Assembly: GCA_964016885.1 (NCBI GenBank)
Contig: CAXHJY010000096.1
Coordinates: 1,488,001 to 1,552,000, forward strand
Origin: Eledone cirrhosa
Taxonomy: Eukaryota
Length of the DNA: 64,000 bases
Reading direction: 5' to 3'
Under the pieces are notes generated by a model that saw nothing but the letters and a program-made list of their open reading frames with translations, did not search any database and had not been told where the DNA came from. Positions within the stretch are counted from its first letter, which is position 1; each line of letters begins with the position of its first letter. Shown one piece after another: positions 12,941 to 26,954 of this stretch. A program made the translations under genes and the position numbers.

Positions 12941-15900
12941 AAAAAATCAGGGGGAGATAATTTGTAAAAAAAAATCAGGGGTAGATAATTTGTAAAAAAA
13001 AATCAGGGGGAGATAATTTGTAAAAAAAATCAAGGGGAGATAATTTCCAGCCGTCCAAGGGAAGATAATTTCCAGCCCTCCAAGGGGCTATAATTTCCAG
13101 CGTCCAAGGGGAGATAATTTCCAGCCAGCGAAGGGGAGATAATTTTTTAAAAAAAATCATTGGGAGATTTGTAAAAAAAATCAGGGGGAGATAATTTGTA
13201 AAAAAAATCAAGGGGAGATAATTTCCAGCCGTCCAAGGGGAGGTAATATCTAGCCGTCCAAGGGTAGATAATTTCCAGCCGTCCAACGGGAGATAATTTC
13301 CAGCCGTCCAAGGGTAGATAATATCCAGCCGCCCAAGGACATATTTTCCAGCCGTCCAAGGAGAGGTAATTTCTAGCCGTCCAAGGGGAGATAATTTCCA
13401 GCCGTCTAAGGTTAGATAATATCCAGCCGTCCAAGGACATATTTTCCAGCCGTCCAAGGAGAGGTAATTTCTAGCCGTCCAAGGGGAGATAAATTCCAGC
13501 CTCCAAGGGGAGATAATTTCCAGCCAGCCAAGGGGAGATAATTTGTAAAAAAATCAGGGGGAGATAATTTGTAAAAAAAATCAGGGGGAGATAATTTGTA
13601 AAAAAAAATCAGGGGGAGATAATTTGTAAAAAAAAATCAGGGGGAGATAATTTGCAAAAAAAATCAGGGGGAGATAATTTGTAAAAAAAAATCAGGGGTA
13701 GATAATTTGTAAAAAAAAATCAGGGGAGATAATTTGTAAAAAAAATCAAGGGGAGATAATTTCCAGCCGTCCAAGGAGAGATAATTTTAAAAAAAATCAG
13801 GCGGAGATAATTTGTAAAAAAAAATCAGGGGGAGATAATTTGTAAAAAAAAATCAGGGGGAGATAATTTGTAAAAAAAAATCAGGGGGAGATAATTTGTA
13901 AAAAAAATCAGGAGGAGATAATTTGTAAAAAAAATCAAGGGGAGATAATTTCCAGCCGTCCAAGGAGAGATAATTTAAAAAAAAATCAGGCGGAGATAAT
14001 TTGTAAAAAAAAATCAGGGGGAGATAATTTGTAAAAAAAAATCAGGGGGAGATAATTTGTAAAAAAAATCAAGGGGAGATAATTTCCAGCCGTCCAAGGG
14101 GAGATAATTTTCAGCCGTCCAAGGGGAGATAATTTCCCGCCAGCCAAGGGAAGATAATATTCAAAAAAATCAGACGGAGATAATTTGTAAAAAAAATCAG
14201 GGGGAGATAATTTGTAAAAAAATCAGGGGGAGATAATTTGTAAAAAAAAAAATCAGGGGGAGATAATTTTTAAAAAAAATCAGGGGGAGATAATTTGTAA
14301 AAAAAAATCAGGGGTAGATAATTTGTAAAAAAAAATCAGGGGGAGATAATTTGTAAAAAAAAATCAGGGGGAGATAACTTGTAAAAAAAATGAAAGGGGA
14401 GATAATATCCAGCCGTCCAAGGGGAGATAATTTCCAGCCGTCCAAGGGGAGATAATTTCCAGCCGTCCAAGGGGAGATAATTTCCATCCTTCCAAGGGGA
14501 TATAATTTCCAGCCGTCCAAGGGGAGATAATTTCCATCCTTCCAAGGGGATATAATTTCCAGCCGTCCAAGGGGAGATAATTTCCCGCCAGCCAAGGGAA
14601 GATAATATTCAAAAAAATCAGGCGGAGATAATTTGTAAAAAAAATCAGGGGGAGATAATTTGTAAAAAAATCAGGGGGAGATAATTTGTAAAAAAAAAAA
14701 TCAGGGGGAGATAATTTTTAAAAAAAATCAGGGGGAGATAATTTGTAAAAAAAAATCAGGGGTAGATAATTTGTAAAAAAAAATCAGGGGGAGATAATTT
14801 GTAAAAAAAAATCAGGGGGAGATAATTTGTAAAAAAAATGAAAGGGGAGATAATATCCAGCCGTCCAAGGGGAGATAATTTCCAGCCGTCCAAGGGGAGA
14901 TAATTTCCAGCCGTCCAAGGGGAGATAATTTCCATCCTTCCAAGGGGATATAATTTCCAGCCGTCCAAGGGGAGATAATTTCCATCCTTCCAAGGGGATA
15001 TAATTTCCAGCCGTCCAAGGGGAGATAATTTTCAGCCGTCCAAGGAGAGGTAATTTCTAGCCGTCCAAGGAGAGATAATTTCCAGCCGTCCAAGGGGAGA
15101 TAATTTCCAGCCGTCCAAGGGGAGATAATTTCCAGCCGTCCAAGGAGACATATTTTCCAGCCGTCCAAGGAGAGGTAATTCCTAGCCGTCCAAGGGGAGA
15201 TAAATTCCAGCCTCCAAGGGGAGATAATTTCCAGCCAGCCAAGGGGAGATAATTTGTAAAAAAAATCAGGGGGAGATAATTTGTAAAAAAAATCAGGGGG
15301 AGATAATTTGTAAAAAAAAATCAGGGGGAGATAATTTGTAAAAAATAATCAGGGGGAGATAATTTGTAAAAAAAATCAAGGGGAGATAATTTCCAGCCGT
15401 CCAAGGGGAGATAATTTTCAGCCGTCCAAGGGGAGATAATTTCCCGCCAGCCAAGGGAAGATAATATTTAAAAAAATTAGGCGGAGATAATTTGTAAAAA
15501 AAATCAGGGGGAGATAATTTGTAAAAAAATCAGGGGGAGATAATTTGTAAAAAAAATCAGGGGGAGATAATTTGTAAAAAAAATCAGGGGGAGATAATTT
15601 GTAAAAAAAAATCAGGGGGAGATAATTTGTAAAAAAAATCAAGGGGAGATAATTTCCAGCCGTCCAAGGGAAGATAATTTCCAGCCCTCCAAGGGGCTAT
15701 AATTTCCAGCGTCCAAGGGGAGATAATTTCCAGCCAGCGAAGGGGAGATAATTTTTTTTAAAAAATCATTGGGAGATTTGTAAAAAAAATCAGGGGGAGA
15801 TAATTTGTAAAAAAAATCAAGGGGAGATAATTTCCAGCCGTCCAAGGGGAGGTAATATCTAGCCGTCCAAGGGGAGATAATTTCCAGCCGTCCAAGGGGA

Positions 15901-18900
15901 GATAATTTCCAGCCGTCCAAGGGTAGATAATATCCAGCCGTCCAAGGACATATTTTCCAGCCGTCCAAGGAGAGGTAATTTCTAGCCGTCCAAGGGGAGA
16001 TAAATTCCAGCCTCCAAGGTGAGATAATTTCCAGCCAGCCAAGGGGAGATAATTTGTAAAAAAATCAGGGGGAGATAATTTGTAAAAAAAATCAGGGGGA
16101 GATAATTTGTAAAAAAAAATCAGGGGGAGATAATTTGTAAAAAAAATCAGGGGGAGATAATTTGTAAAAAAAAATCAGGGGGAGATAATTTGTAAAAAAA
16201 ATCAAGGGGAGATAATTTCCAGCCGTCCAAGGGGAGATAATTTCCCGCCAGCCAAGGGAAGATAATATTTAAAAAAATCAGGCGGAGATAATTTGTAAAA
16301 AAAATCAGGGGGAGATAATTTGTAAAAAAATCAGGGGGAGATAATTTGTAAAAAAAAAATCAGGGGGAGATAATTTGTAAAAAAAATCAGGGGGAGATAA
16401 TTTGTAAAAAAAAATCAGGGGTAGATAAATTGTAAAAAAAAATCAGGGGGAGATAATTTGTAAAAAAAATCAGGGGGAGATAATTTGTAAAAAAAATGAA
16501 AGGGGAGATAATATCCAGCCGTCCAAGGGGAGATAATTTCCAGCCGTCCAAGGGGAGATAATTTCCAGCCGTCCAAGGGGAGATAATTTCCATCCTTCCA
16601 AGGGGATATAATTTCCAGCCGTCCAAGGGGAGATAATTTCCCGCCAGCCAAGGGAAGATAATTTTTAAAAAAATCAGGCGGAGATTGTAAAAAAAATCAG
16701 GGGGGAGATAATTTGTAAAAAAATCAGGGGGAGATAATTTGTAAAAAATAATCAGGGGGAGATAATTTGTAAAAAAAAATCAAGGGGAGATAATTTCCAG
16801 CCGTCCAAGGGGAGATAATTTCCCGCCAGCCAAGGGAAGATAATATTTAAAAAAATTAGGCGGAGATAATTTGTAAAAAAAATCAGGGGGAGATAATTTG
16901 TAAAAAAATCAGGGGGAGATAATTTGTAAAAAAAATCAGGGGAAGATAATTTGTAAAAAAAATCATGGGGAGATAATTTGTAAAAAAAAATCAGGGGTAG
17001 ATAATTTGTAAAAAAAAATCAGGGGGAGATAATTTGTAAAAAAAAATCAGGGGGAGATAATTTGTAAAAAAAATCAAGGGGAGATAATTTCCAGCCGTCC
17101 AAGGGGAGATAATTTTCAGCTGTCCAAGGAGAGGTAATTTCTAGCCGTCCAAGGGGAGATAATTTCCAGCCGTCCAAGGGGAGGTAATTTCCAGCCGTCC
17201 AAGGGGAGATAATTTAAAAAAAAAAATCAGGCGGAGATAATTTGTAAAAAAAATCAAGGGGAGATAATTTGCAGCCGTCCAAGGGGAGATAATTTTCAGT
17301 CGTCCAAGGAGAGGTAATTTCTAGCCGTCCAAGGGGAGATAATTGCCAGCCGTCCAAGGGGAGATAATTTCCAGCCGTCCAAGGGGAGATAATTTTTTTT
17401 AAAAAATCAGGCGGAGATAATTTGTAAAAAAAATCAGGGGGAGATAATTTGTAAAAAAAATCAGGGGGAGATAATTTTTTAAAAAAAAATCAGGGGTAGA
17501 TAATTTGTAAAAAAAAATCAGGGGGAGATAATTTGTAAAAAAAATCAAGGGGAGATAATTTCCAGCCGTCCAAGGGAAGATAATTTCCAGCCCTCCAAGG
17601 GGCTATAATTTCCAGCGTCCAAGGGGAGATAATTTCCAGCCAGCGAAGGGGAGATAATTTTTTAAAAAAAATCATTGGGAGATTTGTAAAAAAAATCAGG
17701 GGGAGATAATTTGTAAAAAAAATCAAGGGGAGATAATTTCCAGCCGTCCAAGGGGAGGTAATATCTAGCCGTCCAAGGGTAGATAATTTCCAGCCGTCCA
17801 ACGGGAGATAATTTCCAGCCGTCCAAGGGTAGATAATATCCAGCCGCCCAAGGACATATTTTCCAGCCGTCCAAGGAGAGGTAATTTCTAGCCGTCCAAG
17901 GGGAGATAATTTCCAGCCGTCTAAGGTTAGATAATATCCAGCCGTCCAAGGACATATTTTCCAGCCGTCCAAGGAGAGGTAATTTCTAGCCGTCCAAGGG
18001 GAGATAAATTCCAGCCTCCAAGGGGAGATAATTTCCAGCCAGCCAAGGGGAGATAATTTGTAAAAAAATCAGGGGGAGATAATTTGTAAAAAAAATCAGG
18101 GGGAGATAATTTGTAAAAAAAAATCAGGGGGAGATAATTTGTAAAAAAAAATCAGGGGGAGATAATTTGCAAAAAAAATCAGGGGGAGATAATTTGTAAA
18201 AAAAAATCAGGGGTAGATAATTTGTAAAAAAAAATCAGGGGAGATAATTTGTAAAAAAAATCAAGGGGAGATAATTTCCAGCCGTCCAAGGAGAGATAAT
18301 TTTAAAAAAAATCAGGCGGAGATAATTTGTAAAAAAAAATCAGGGGGAGATAATTTGTAAAAAAAAATCAGGGGGAGATAATTTGTAAAAAAAAATCAGG
18401 GGGAGATAATTTGTAAAAAAAATCAGGAGGAGATAATTTGTAAAAAAAATCAAGGGGAGATAATTTCCAGCCGTCCAAGGAGAGATAATTTAAAAAAAAA
18501 TCAGGCGGAGATAATTTGTAAAAAAAAATCAGGGGGAGATAATTTGTAAAAAAAAATCAGGGGGAGATAATTTGTAAAAAAAATCAAGGGGAGATAATTT
18601 CCAGCCGTCCAAGGGGAGATAATTTTCAGCCGTCCAAGGGGAGATAATTTCCCGCCAGCCAAGGGAAGATAATATTCAAAAAAATCAGACGGAGATAATT
18701 TGTAAAAAAAATCAGGGGGAGATAATTTGTAAAAAAATCAGGGGGAGATAATTTGTAAAAAAAAAAATCAGGGGGAGATAATTTTTAAAAAAAATCAGGG
18801 GGAGATAATTTGTAAAAAAAAATCAGGGGTAGATAATTTGTAAAAAAAAATCAGGGGGAGATAATTTGTAAAAAAAAATCAGGGGGAGATAACTTGTAAA

Positions 18901-19098
18901 AAAAATGAAAGGGGAGATAATATCCAGCCGTCCAAGGGGAGATAATTTCCAGCCGTCCAAGGGGAGATAATTTCCAGCCGTCCAAGGGGAGATAATTTCC
19001 ATCCTTCCAAGGGGATATAATTTCCAGCCGTCCAAGGGGAGATAATTTCCATCCTTCCAAGGGGATATAATTTCCAGCCGTCCAAGGGGAGATAATTT
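10046..19098 (+). repeat. Head-to-tail tandem duplication with a 4514/4515-bp unit (10046-14583 vs 14560-19098); repeated at +40102
   Basis: ORF offsets 10242/14756 (4514) and 12975/17490 (4515). Shared private variants GTCTAAGGTTAG, CAGACGG, ATAACTT and CAGCTG. The 1-bp offset change is explained by TTTGT versus TTTTTT at about 12961/17475. Confidence 0.92.
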
Positions 19099-20874
19099 TC
19101 AGCCGTCCAAGGAGAGGTAATTTCTAGCCGTCCAAGGAGAGATAATTTCCAGCCGTCCAAGGGGAGATAATTTCCAGCCGTCTAAGGGGAGATAATTTCC
19201 AGCCGTCCAAGGAGACATATTTTCCAGCCGTCCAAGGAGAGGTAATTCCTAGCCGTCCAAGGGGAGATAAATTCCAGCCTCCAAGGGGAGATAATTTCCA
19301 GCCAGCCAAGGGGAGATAATTTGTAAAAAAAATCAGGGGGAGATAATTTGTAAAAAAAATCAGGGGGAGATAATTTGTAAAAAAAAATCAGGGGTAGATA
19401 ATTTGTAAAAAATAATCAGGGGGAGATAATTTGTAAAAAAAATCAAGGGGAGATAATTTCCAGCCGTCCAAGGGGAGATAATTTTCAGCCGTCCAAGGGG
19501 AGATAATTTCCCGCCAGCCAAGGGAAGATAATATTTAAAAAAATTAGGCGGAGATAATTTGTAAAAAAAATCAGGGGGAGATAATTTGTAAAAAAATCAG
19601 GGGGAGATAATTTGTAAAAAAAATCAGGGGGAGATAATTTGTAAAAAAAATCAGGGGGAGATAATTTGTAGAAAAAAATCAGGGGGAGATAATTTGTAAA
19701 AAAAATCAAGGGGAGATAATTTCCAGCCGTCCAAGGGAAGATAATTTCCAGCCCTCCAAGGGGCTATAATTTCCAGCGTCCAAGGGGAGATAATTTCCAG
19801 CCAGCGAAGGGGAGATAATTTTTTTTAAAAAATCATTGGGAGATTTGTAAAAAAAATCAGGGGGAGATAATTTGTAAAAAAAATCAAGGGGAGATAATTT
19901 CCAGCCGTCCAAGGGGAGGTAATATCTAGCCGTCCAAGGGGAGATAATTTCCAGCCGTCCAAGGGGAGATAATTTCCAGCCGTCCAATGGTAGATAATAT
20001 CCAGCCGTCCAAGGACATATTTTCCAGCCGTCCAAGGAGAGGTAATTTCTAGCCGTCCAAGGGGAGATAAATTCCAGCCTCCAAGGTGAGATAATTTCCA
20101 GCCAGCCAAGGGGAGATAATTTGTAAAAAAATCAGGGGGAGATAATTTGTAAAAAAAATCAGGGGGAGATAATTTGTAAAAAAAAATCAGGGGGAGATAA
20201 TTTGTAAAAAAAATCAGGGGGAGATAATTTGTAAAAAAAAATCAGGGGGAGATAATTTGTAAAAAAAATCAAGGGGAGATAATTTCCAGCCGTCCAAGGG
20301 GAGATAATTTCCCGCCAGCCAAGGGAAGATAATATTTAAAAAAATCAGGCGGAGATAATTTGTAAAAAAAATCAGGGGGAGATAATTTGTAAAAAAATCA
20401 GGGGGAGATAATTTGTAAAAAAAAAATCAGGGGGAGATAATTTGTAAAAAAAATCAGGGGGAGATAATTTGTAAAAAAAAATCAGGGGTAGATAAATTGT
20501 AAAAAAAAATCAGGGGGAGATAATTTGTAAAAAAAATCAGGGGGAGATAATTTGTAAAAAAAATGAAAGGGGAGATAATATCCAGCCGTCCAAGGGGAGA
20601 TAATTTCCAGCCGTCCAAGGGGAGATAATTTCCAGCCGTCCAAGGGGAGATAATTTCCATCCTTCCAAGGGGATATAATTTCCAGCCGTCCAAGGGGAGA
20701 TAATTTCCCGCCAGCCAAGGGAAGATAATTTTTAAAAAAATCAGGCGGAGATTGTAAAAAAAATCAGGGGGGAGATAATTTGTAAAAAAATCAGGGGGAG
20801 ATAATTTGTAAAAAAAAATCAGGGGGAGATAATTTGTAAAAAATAATCAGGGGGAGATAATTTGTAAAAAAAAA

Positions 20875-22214
20875 TCAAGGGGAGATAATTTCCAGCCGTC
20901 CAAGGGGAGGTAATATCTAGCCGTCCAAGGGGAGATAATTTCCAGCCGTCCAACGGGAGATAATTTCCAGCCGTCCATGGGTAGATAATATCCAGCCGCC
21001 CAAGGACATATTTTCCAGCCGTCCAAGGAGAGGTAATTTCTAGCCGTCCAAGGGGAGATAATTACAGCCGTCCAAGGGTAGATAATATCCAGCCGTCCAA
21101 GGACATATTTTCCAGCCGTCCAAGGAGAGGTAATTTCTAGCCGTCCAAGGGGAGATAAATTCCAGCCTCCAAGGGGAGATAATTTCCAGCCAGCCAAGGG
21201 GAGATAATTTGTAAAAAAATCAGGGGGAGATAATTTGTAAAAAAAATCAGGGGGAGATAATTTGTAAAAAAAAATCAGGGGGAGATAATTTGTAAAAAAA
21301 AATCAGGGGGAGATAATTTGCAAAAAAAATCAGGGGGAGATAATTTGTAAAAAAAAATCAGGGGTAGATAATTTGTAAAAAAAAATCAGGGGGAGATAAT
21401 TTGTAAAAAAAAATCAGGGGGAGATAATTTGTAAAAAAAATCAAGGGGAGATAATTTCCAGCCGTCCAAGGGAAGATAATTTCCAGCCCTCCAAGGGGCT
21501 ATAATTTCCAGCGTCCAAGGGGAGATAATTTCCAGCCAGCGAAGGGGAGATAATTTTTTTTAAAAAATCATTGGGAGATTTGTAAAAAAAATCAGGGGGA
21601 GATAATTTGTAAAAAAAATCAAGGGGAGATAATTTCCAGCCGTCCAAGGGGAGGTAATATCTAGCCGTCCAAGGGGAGATAATTTCCAGCCGTCCAACGG
21701 GAGATAATTTCCAGCCGTCCATGGGTAGATAATATCCAGCCGCCCAAGGACATATTTTCCAGCCGTCCAAGGAGAGGTAATTTCTAGCCGTCCAAGGGGA
21801 GATAATTTCCAGCCGTCCAAGGGTAGATAATATCCAGCCGTCCAAGGACATATTTTCCAGCCGTCCAAGGAGAGGTAATTTCTAGCCGTCCAAGGGGAGA
21901 TAAATTCCAGCCTCCAAGGGGAGATAATTTCCAGCCAGCCAAGGGGAGATAATTTGTAAAAAAATCAGGGGGAGATAATTTGTAAAAAAAATCAGGGGGA
22001 GATAATTTGTAAAAAAAAATCAGGGGGAGATAATTTGTAAAAAAAAATCAGGGGGAGAAAATTTGCAAAAAAAATCAGGGGGAGATAATTTGTAAAAAAA
22101 AATCAGGGGTAGATAATTTGTAAAAAAAAATCAGGGGGAGATAATTTGTAAAAAAAAATCAGGGGGAGATAATTTGTAAAAAAAATCAAGGGGAGATAAT
22201 TTCCAGCCGTCCAA
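20875..22214 (+). repeat. Local duplication with 744-bp offset (20875-21470 vs 21619-22214); also present at +11046 and +40102
   Basis: The rare TCCATGGGTAG variant is in both copies, with an identical order of A and B variants. Confidence 0.82.
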
Positions 22215-25200
22215 GGAGAGATAATTTAAAAAAAAATCAGGCGGAGATAATTTGTAAAAAAAAATCAGGGGGAGATAATTTGTAAAAAAAATCAGGGGGA
22301 GATAATTTGTAAAAAAAAATCAGGGGTAGATAATTTGTAAAAAAAAATCAGGGGGAGATAATTTGTAAAAAAAAATCAGGGGGAGATAATTTGTAAAAAA
22401 AATCAAGGGGAGATAATTTCCAGCCGTCCAAGGGGAGATAATTTTCAGCCGTCCAAGGGGAGATAATTTCCCGCCAGCCAAGGGAAGATAATATTCAAAA
22501 AAATCAGGCGGAGATAATTTGTAAAAAAAATCAGGGGGAGATAATTTGTAAAAAAATCAGGGGGAGATAATTTGTAAAAAAAAAAATCAGGGGGAGATAA
22601 TTTTTAAAAAAAATCAGGGGGAGATAATTTGTAAAAAAAAATCAGGGGTAGATAATTTGTAAAAAAAAATCAGGGGGAGATAATTTGTAAAAAAAAATCA
22701 GGGGGAGATAATTTGTAAAAAAAATGAAAGGGGAGATAATATCCAGCCGTCCAAGGGGAGATAATTTCCAGCCGTCCAAGGGGAGATAATTTCCAGCCGT
22801 CCAAGGGGAGATAATTTCCATCCTTCCAAGGGGATATAATTTCCAGCCGTCCAAGGGGAGATAATTTCCATCCTTCCAAGGGGATATAATTTCCAGCCGT
22901 CCAAGGGGAGATAATTTTCAGCCGTCCAAGGAGAGGTAATTTCTAGCCGTCCAAGGAGAGATAATTTCCAGCCGTCCAAGGGGAGATAATTTCCAGCCGT
23001 CCAAGGGGAGATAATTTCCAGCCGTCCAAGGAGACATATTTTCCAGCCGTCCAAGGAGAGGTAATTCCTAGCCGTCCAAGGGGAGATAAATTCCAGCCTC
23101 CAAGGGGAGATAATTTCCAGCCAGCCAAGGGGAGATAATTTGTAAAAAAAATCAGGGGGAGATAATTTGTAAAAAAAATCAGGGGGAGATAATTTGTAAA
23201 AAAAAATCAGGGGGAGATAATTTGTAAAAAATAATCAGGGGGAGATAATTTGTAAAAAAAATCAAGGGGAGATAATTTCCAGCCGTCCAAGGGGAGATAA
23301 TTTTCAGCCGTCCAAGGGGAGATAATTTCCCGCCAGCCAAGGGAAGATAATATTTAAAAAAATTAGGCGGAGATAATTTGTAAAAAAAATCAGGGGGAGA
23401 TAATTTGTAAAAAAATCAGGGGGAGATAATTTGTAAAAAAAATCAGGGGGAGATAATTTGTAAAAAAAATCAGGGGGAGATAATTTGTAAAAAAAAATCA
23501 GGGGGAGATAATTTGTAAAAAAAATCAAGGGGAGATAATTTCCAGCCGTCCAAGGGAAGATAATTTCCAGCCCTCCAAGGGGCTATAATTTCCAGCGTCC
23601 AAGGGGAGATAATTTCCAGCCAGCGAAGGGGAGATAATTTTTTTTAAAAAATCATTGGGAGATTTGTAAAAAAAATCAGGGGGAGATAATTTGTAAAAAA
23701 AATCAAGGGGAGATAATTTCCAGCCGTCCAAGGGGAGGTAATATCTAGCCGTCCAAGGGGAGATAATTTCCAGCCGTCCAAGGGGAGATAATTTCCAGCC
23801 GTCCAAGGGTAGATAATATCCAGCCGTCCAAGGACATATTTTCCAGCCGTCCAAGGAGAGGTAATTTCTAGCCGTCCAAGGGGAGATAAATTCCAGCCTC
23901 CAAGGGGAGATAATTTCCAGCAAGCCAAGGGGAGATAATTTGTAAAAAAATCAGGGGGAGATAATTTGTAAAAAAAATCAGGGGGAGATAATTTGTAAAA
24001 AAAAATCAGGGGGAGATAATTTGTAAAAAAAAATCAGGGGGAGAAAATTTGCAAAAAAAATCAGGGGGAGATAATTTGTAAAAAAAAATCAGGGGTAGAT
24101 AATTTGTAAAAAAAAATCAGGGGGAGATAATTTGTAAAAAAAAATCAGGGGGAGATAATTTGTAAAAAAAATCAAGGGGAGATAATTTCCAGCCGTCCAA
24201 GGAGAGATAATTTAAAAAAAAATCAGGCGGAGATAATTTGTAAAAAAAAATCAGGGGGAGATAATTTGTAAAAAAAATCAGGGGGAGATAATTTGTAAAA
24301 AAAAATCAGGGGTAGATAATTTGTAAAAAAAAATCAGGGGGAGATAATTTGTAAAAAAAAATCAGGGGGAGATAATTTGTAAAAAAAATCAAGGGGAGAT
24401 AATTTCCAGCCGTCCAAGGGGAGATAATTTTCAGCCGTCCAAGGGGAGATAATTTCCCGCCAGCCAAGGGAAGATAATATTCAAAAAAATCAGGCGGAGA
24501 TAATTTGTAAAAAAAATCAGGGGGAGATAATTTGTAAAAAAATCAGGGGGAGATAATTTGTAAAAAAAAAAATCAGGGGGAGATAATTTTTAAAAAAAAT
24601 CAGGGGGAGATAATTTGTAAAAAAAAATCAGGGGTAGATAATTTGTAAAAAAAAATCAGGGGGAGATAATTTGTAAAAAAAAATCAGGGGGAGATAATTT
24701 GTAAAAAAAATGAAAGGGGAGATAATATCCAGCCGTCCAAGGGGAGATAATTTCCAGCCGTCCAAGGGGAGATAATTTCCAGCCGTCCAAGGGGAGATAA
24801 TTTCCATCCTTCCAAGGGGATATAATTTCCAGCCGTCCAAGGGGAGATAATTTCCATCCTTCCAAGGGGATATAATTTCCAGCCGTCCAAGGGGAGATAA
24901 TTTTCAGCCGTCCAAGGAGAGGTAATTTCTAGCCGTCCAAGGAGAGATAATTTCCAGCCGTCCAAGGGGAGATAATTTCCAGCCGTCCAAGGGGAGATAA
25001 TTTCCAGCCGTCCAAGGAGACATATTTTCCAGCCGTCCAAGGAGAGGTAATTCCTAGCCGTCCAAGGGGAGATAAATTCCAGCCTCCAAGGGGAGATAAT
25101 TTCCAGCCAGCCAAGGGGAGATAATTTGTAAAAAAAATCAGGGGGAGATAATTTGTAAAAAAAATCAGGGGGAGATAATTTGTAAAAAAAAATCAGGGGG

Positions 25201-25290
25201 AGATAATTTGTAAAAAATAATCAGGGGGAGATAATTTGTAAAAAAAATCAAGGGGAGATAATTTCCAGCCGTCCAAGGGGAGATAATTTC
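21890..25290 (+). repeat. Tandem duplication with 1986-bp offset, followed by a rearranged third unit to about 26940
   Basis: GAGAAAATTTGC at 22055/24041. ORFs 22642/24628 and 22943/24929. Confidence 0.85.
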
Positions 25291-26954
25291 CAGCCGTCCA
25301 AGGGGAGATAATTTAAAAAAAAATCAGGCGGAGATAATTTGTAAAAAAAAATCAGGGGGAGATAATTTGTAAAAAAAAATCAGGGGGAGATAATTTGTAA
25401 AAAAAATCAAGGGGAGATAATTTCCAGCCGTCCAAGGGAAGATAATTTCCAGCCCTCCAAGGGGCTATAATTTCCAGTGTCCAAGGGGAGATAATTTCCA
25501 GCCAGCGAAGGGGAGATAATTTTTTTTAAAAAATCATTGGGAGATTTGTAAAAAAAATCAGGGGGAGATAATTTGTAAAAAAAATCAAGGGGAGATAATT
25601 TCCAGCCGTCCAAGGGGAGGTAATATCTAGCCGTCCAAGGGGAGATAATTTCCAGCCGTCCAAGGGGAGATAATTTCCAGCCGTCCCAGGGTAGATAATA
25701 TCCAGCCGCCCAAGGACATATTTTCCAGCCGTCCAAGGAGAGGTAATTTCTAGCCGTCCAAGGGGAGATAAATTCCAGCCTCCAAGGGGAGATAATTTCC
25801 AGCCAGCCAAGGGGAGATAATTTGTAAAAAAATCAGGGGGAGATAATTTGTAAAAAAAATCAGGGGGAGATAATTTGTAAAAAAAAATCAGGGGGAGATA
25901 ATTTGTAAAAAAAAATCAGGGGGAGATAATTTGCAAAAAAAATCAGGGGGAGATAATTTGTAAAAAAAAATCAGGGGTAGATAATTTGTAAAAAAAAATC
26001 AGGGGGAGATAATTTGTAAAAAAAAATCAGGGGGAGATAATTTGTAAAAAAAATCAAGGGGAGATAATTTCCAGCCGTCCAAGGAGAGATAATTTAAAAA
26101 AAAATCAGGCGGAGATAATTTGTAAAAAAAAATCAGGGGGAGATAATTTGTAAAAAAAATCAGGGGGAGATAATTTGTAAAAAAAAATCAGGGGTAGATA
26201 ATTTGTAAAAAAAATCAGGGGGAGATAATTTGTAAAAAAAAATCAGGGGGAGATAATTTGTAAAAAAAATCAAGGGGAGATAATTTCCAGCCGTCCAAGG
26301 AGAGATAATTTTAAAAAAAATCAGGCGGAGATAATTTGTAAAAAAAAATTAGGGGGAGATAATTTGTAAAAAAAAATCAGGGGGAGATAATTTGTAAAAA
26401 AAATCAAGGGGAGATAATTTCCAGCCGTCCAAGGGGAGATAATTTTCAGCCGTCCAAGGGGAGATAATTTCCCGCCAGCCAAGGGAAGATAATATTCAAA
26501 AAAATCAGGCGGAGATAATTTGTAAAAAAAATCAGGGGGAGATAATTTGTAAAAAAATCAGGGGGAGATAATTTGTAAAAAAAATGAAAGGGGAGATAAT
26601 ATCCAGCCGTCCAAGGGGAGATAATTTCCAGCCGTCCAAGGGGAGATAATTTCCAGCCGTCCAAGGGGAGATAATTTCCATCCTTCCAAGGGGATATAAT
26701 TTCCAGCCGTCCAAGGGGAGATAATTTCCATCCTTCCAAGGGGATATAATTTCCAGCCGTCCAAGGGGAGATAATTTTCAGCCGTCCAAGGAGAGGTAAT
26801 TTCTAGCCGTCCAAGGAGAGATAATTTCCAGCCGTCCAAGGGGAGATAATTTCCAGCCGTCCAAGGGGAGATAATTTCCAGCCGTCCAAGGAGACATATT
26901 TTCCAGCCGTCCAAGGAGAGGTAATTCCTAGCCGTCCAAGGGGAGATAATTTCC

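Larger units (their letters stand above)
1..23898 (+). repeat. 40,102-bp higher-order repeat or segmental duplication, first copy (part matched within the window)
   Basis: ORFs in this interval recur at +40102 (118/40220, 2680/42782, 12975/53077, 20847/60949, 23304/63406). Private variants match: TCGA 7717/47819; CAGCTG 6406/46508, 12603/52705, 17117/57219; G at 3481/43583; G at 19671/59773. Confidence 0.96.

Noticed and set aside
14136-15010. Independent 448-bp tandem duplication
   Set aside because: The two halves carry different lineage markers. It is the by-product of the 4514-bp duplication junction at 14560-14583.
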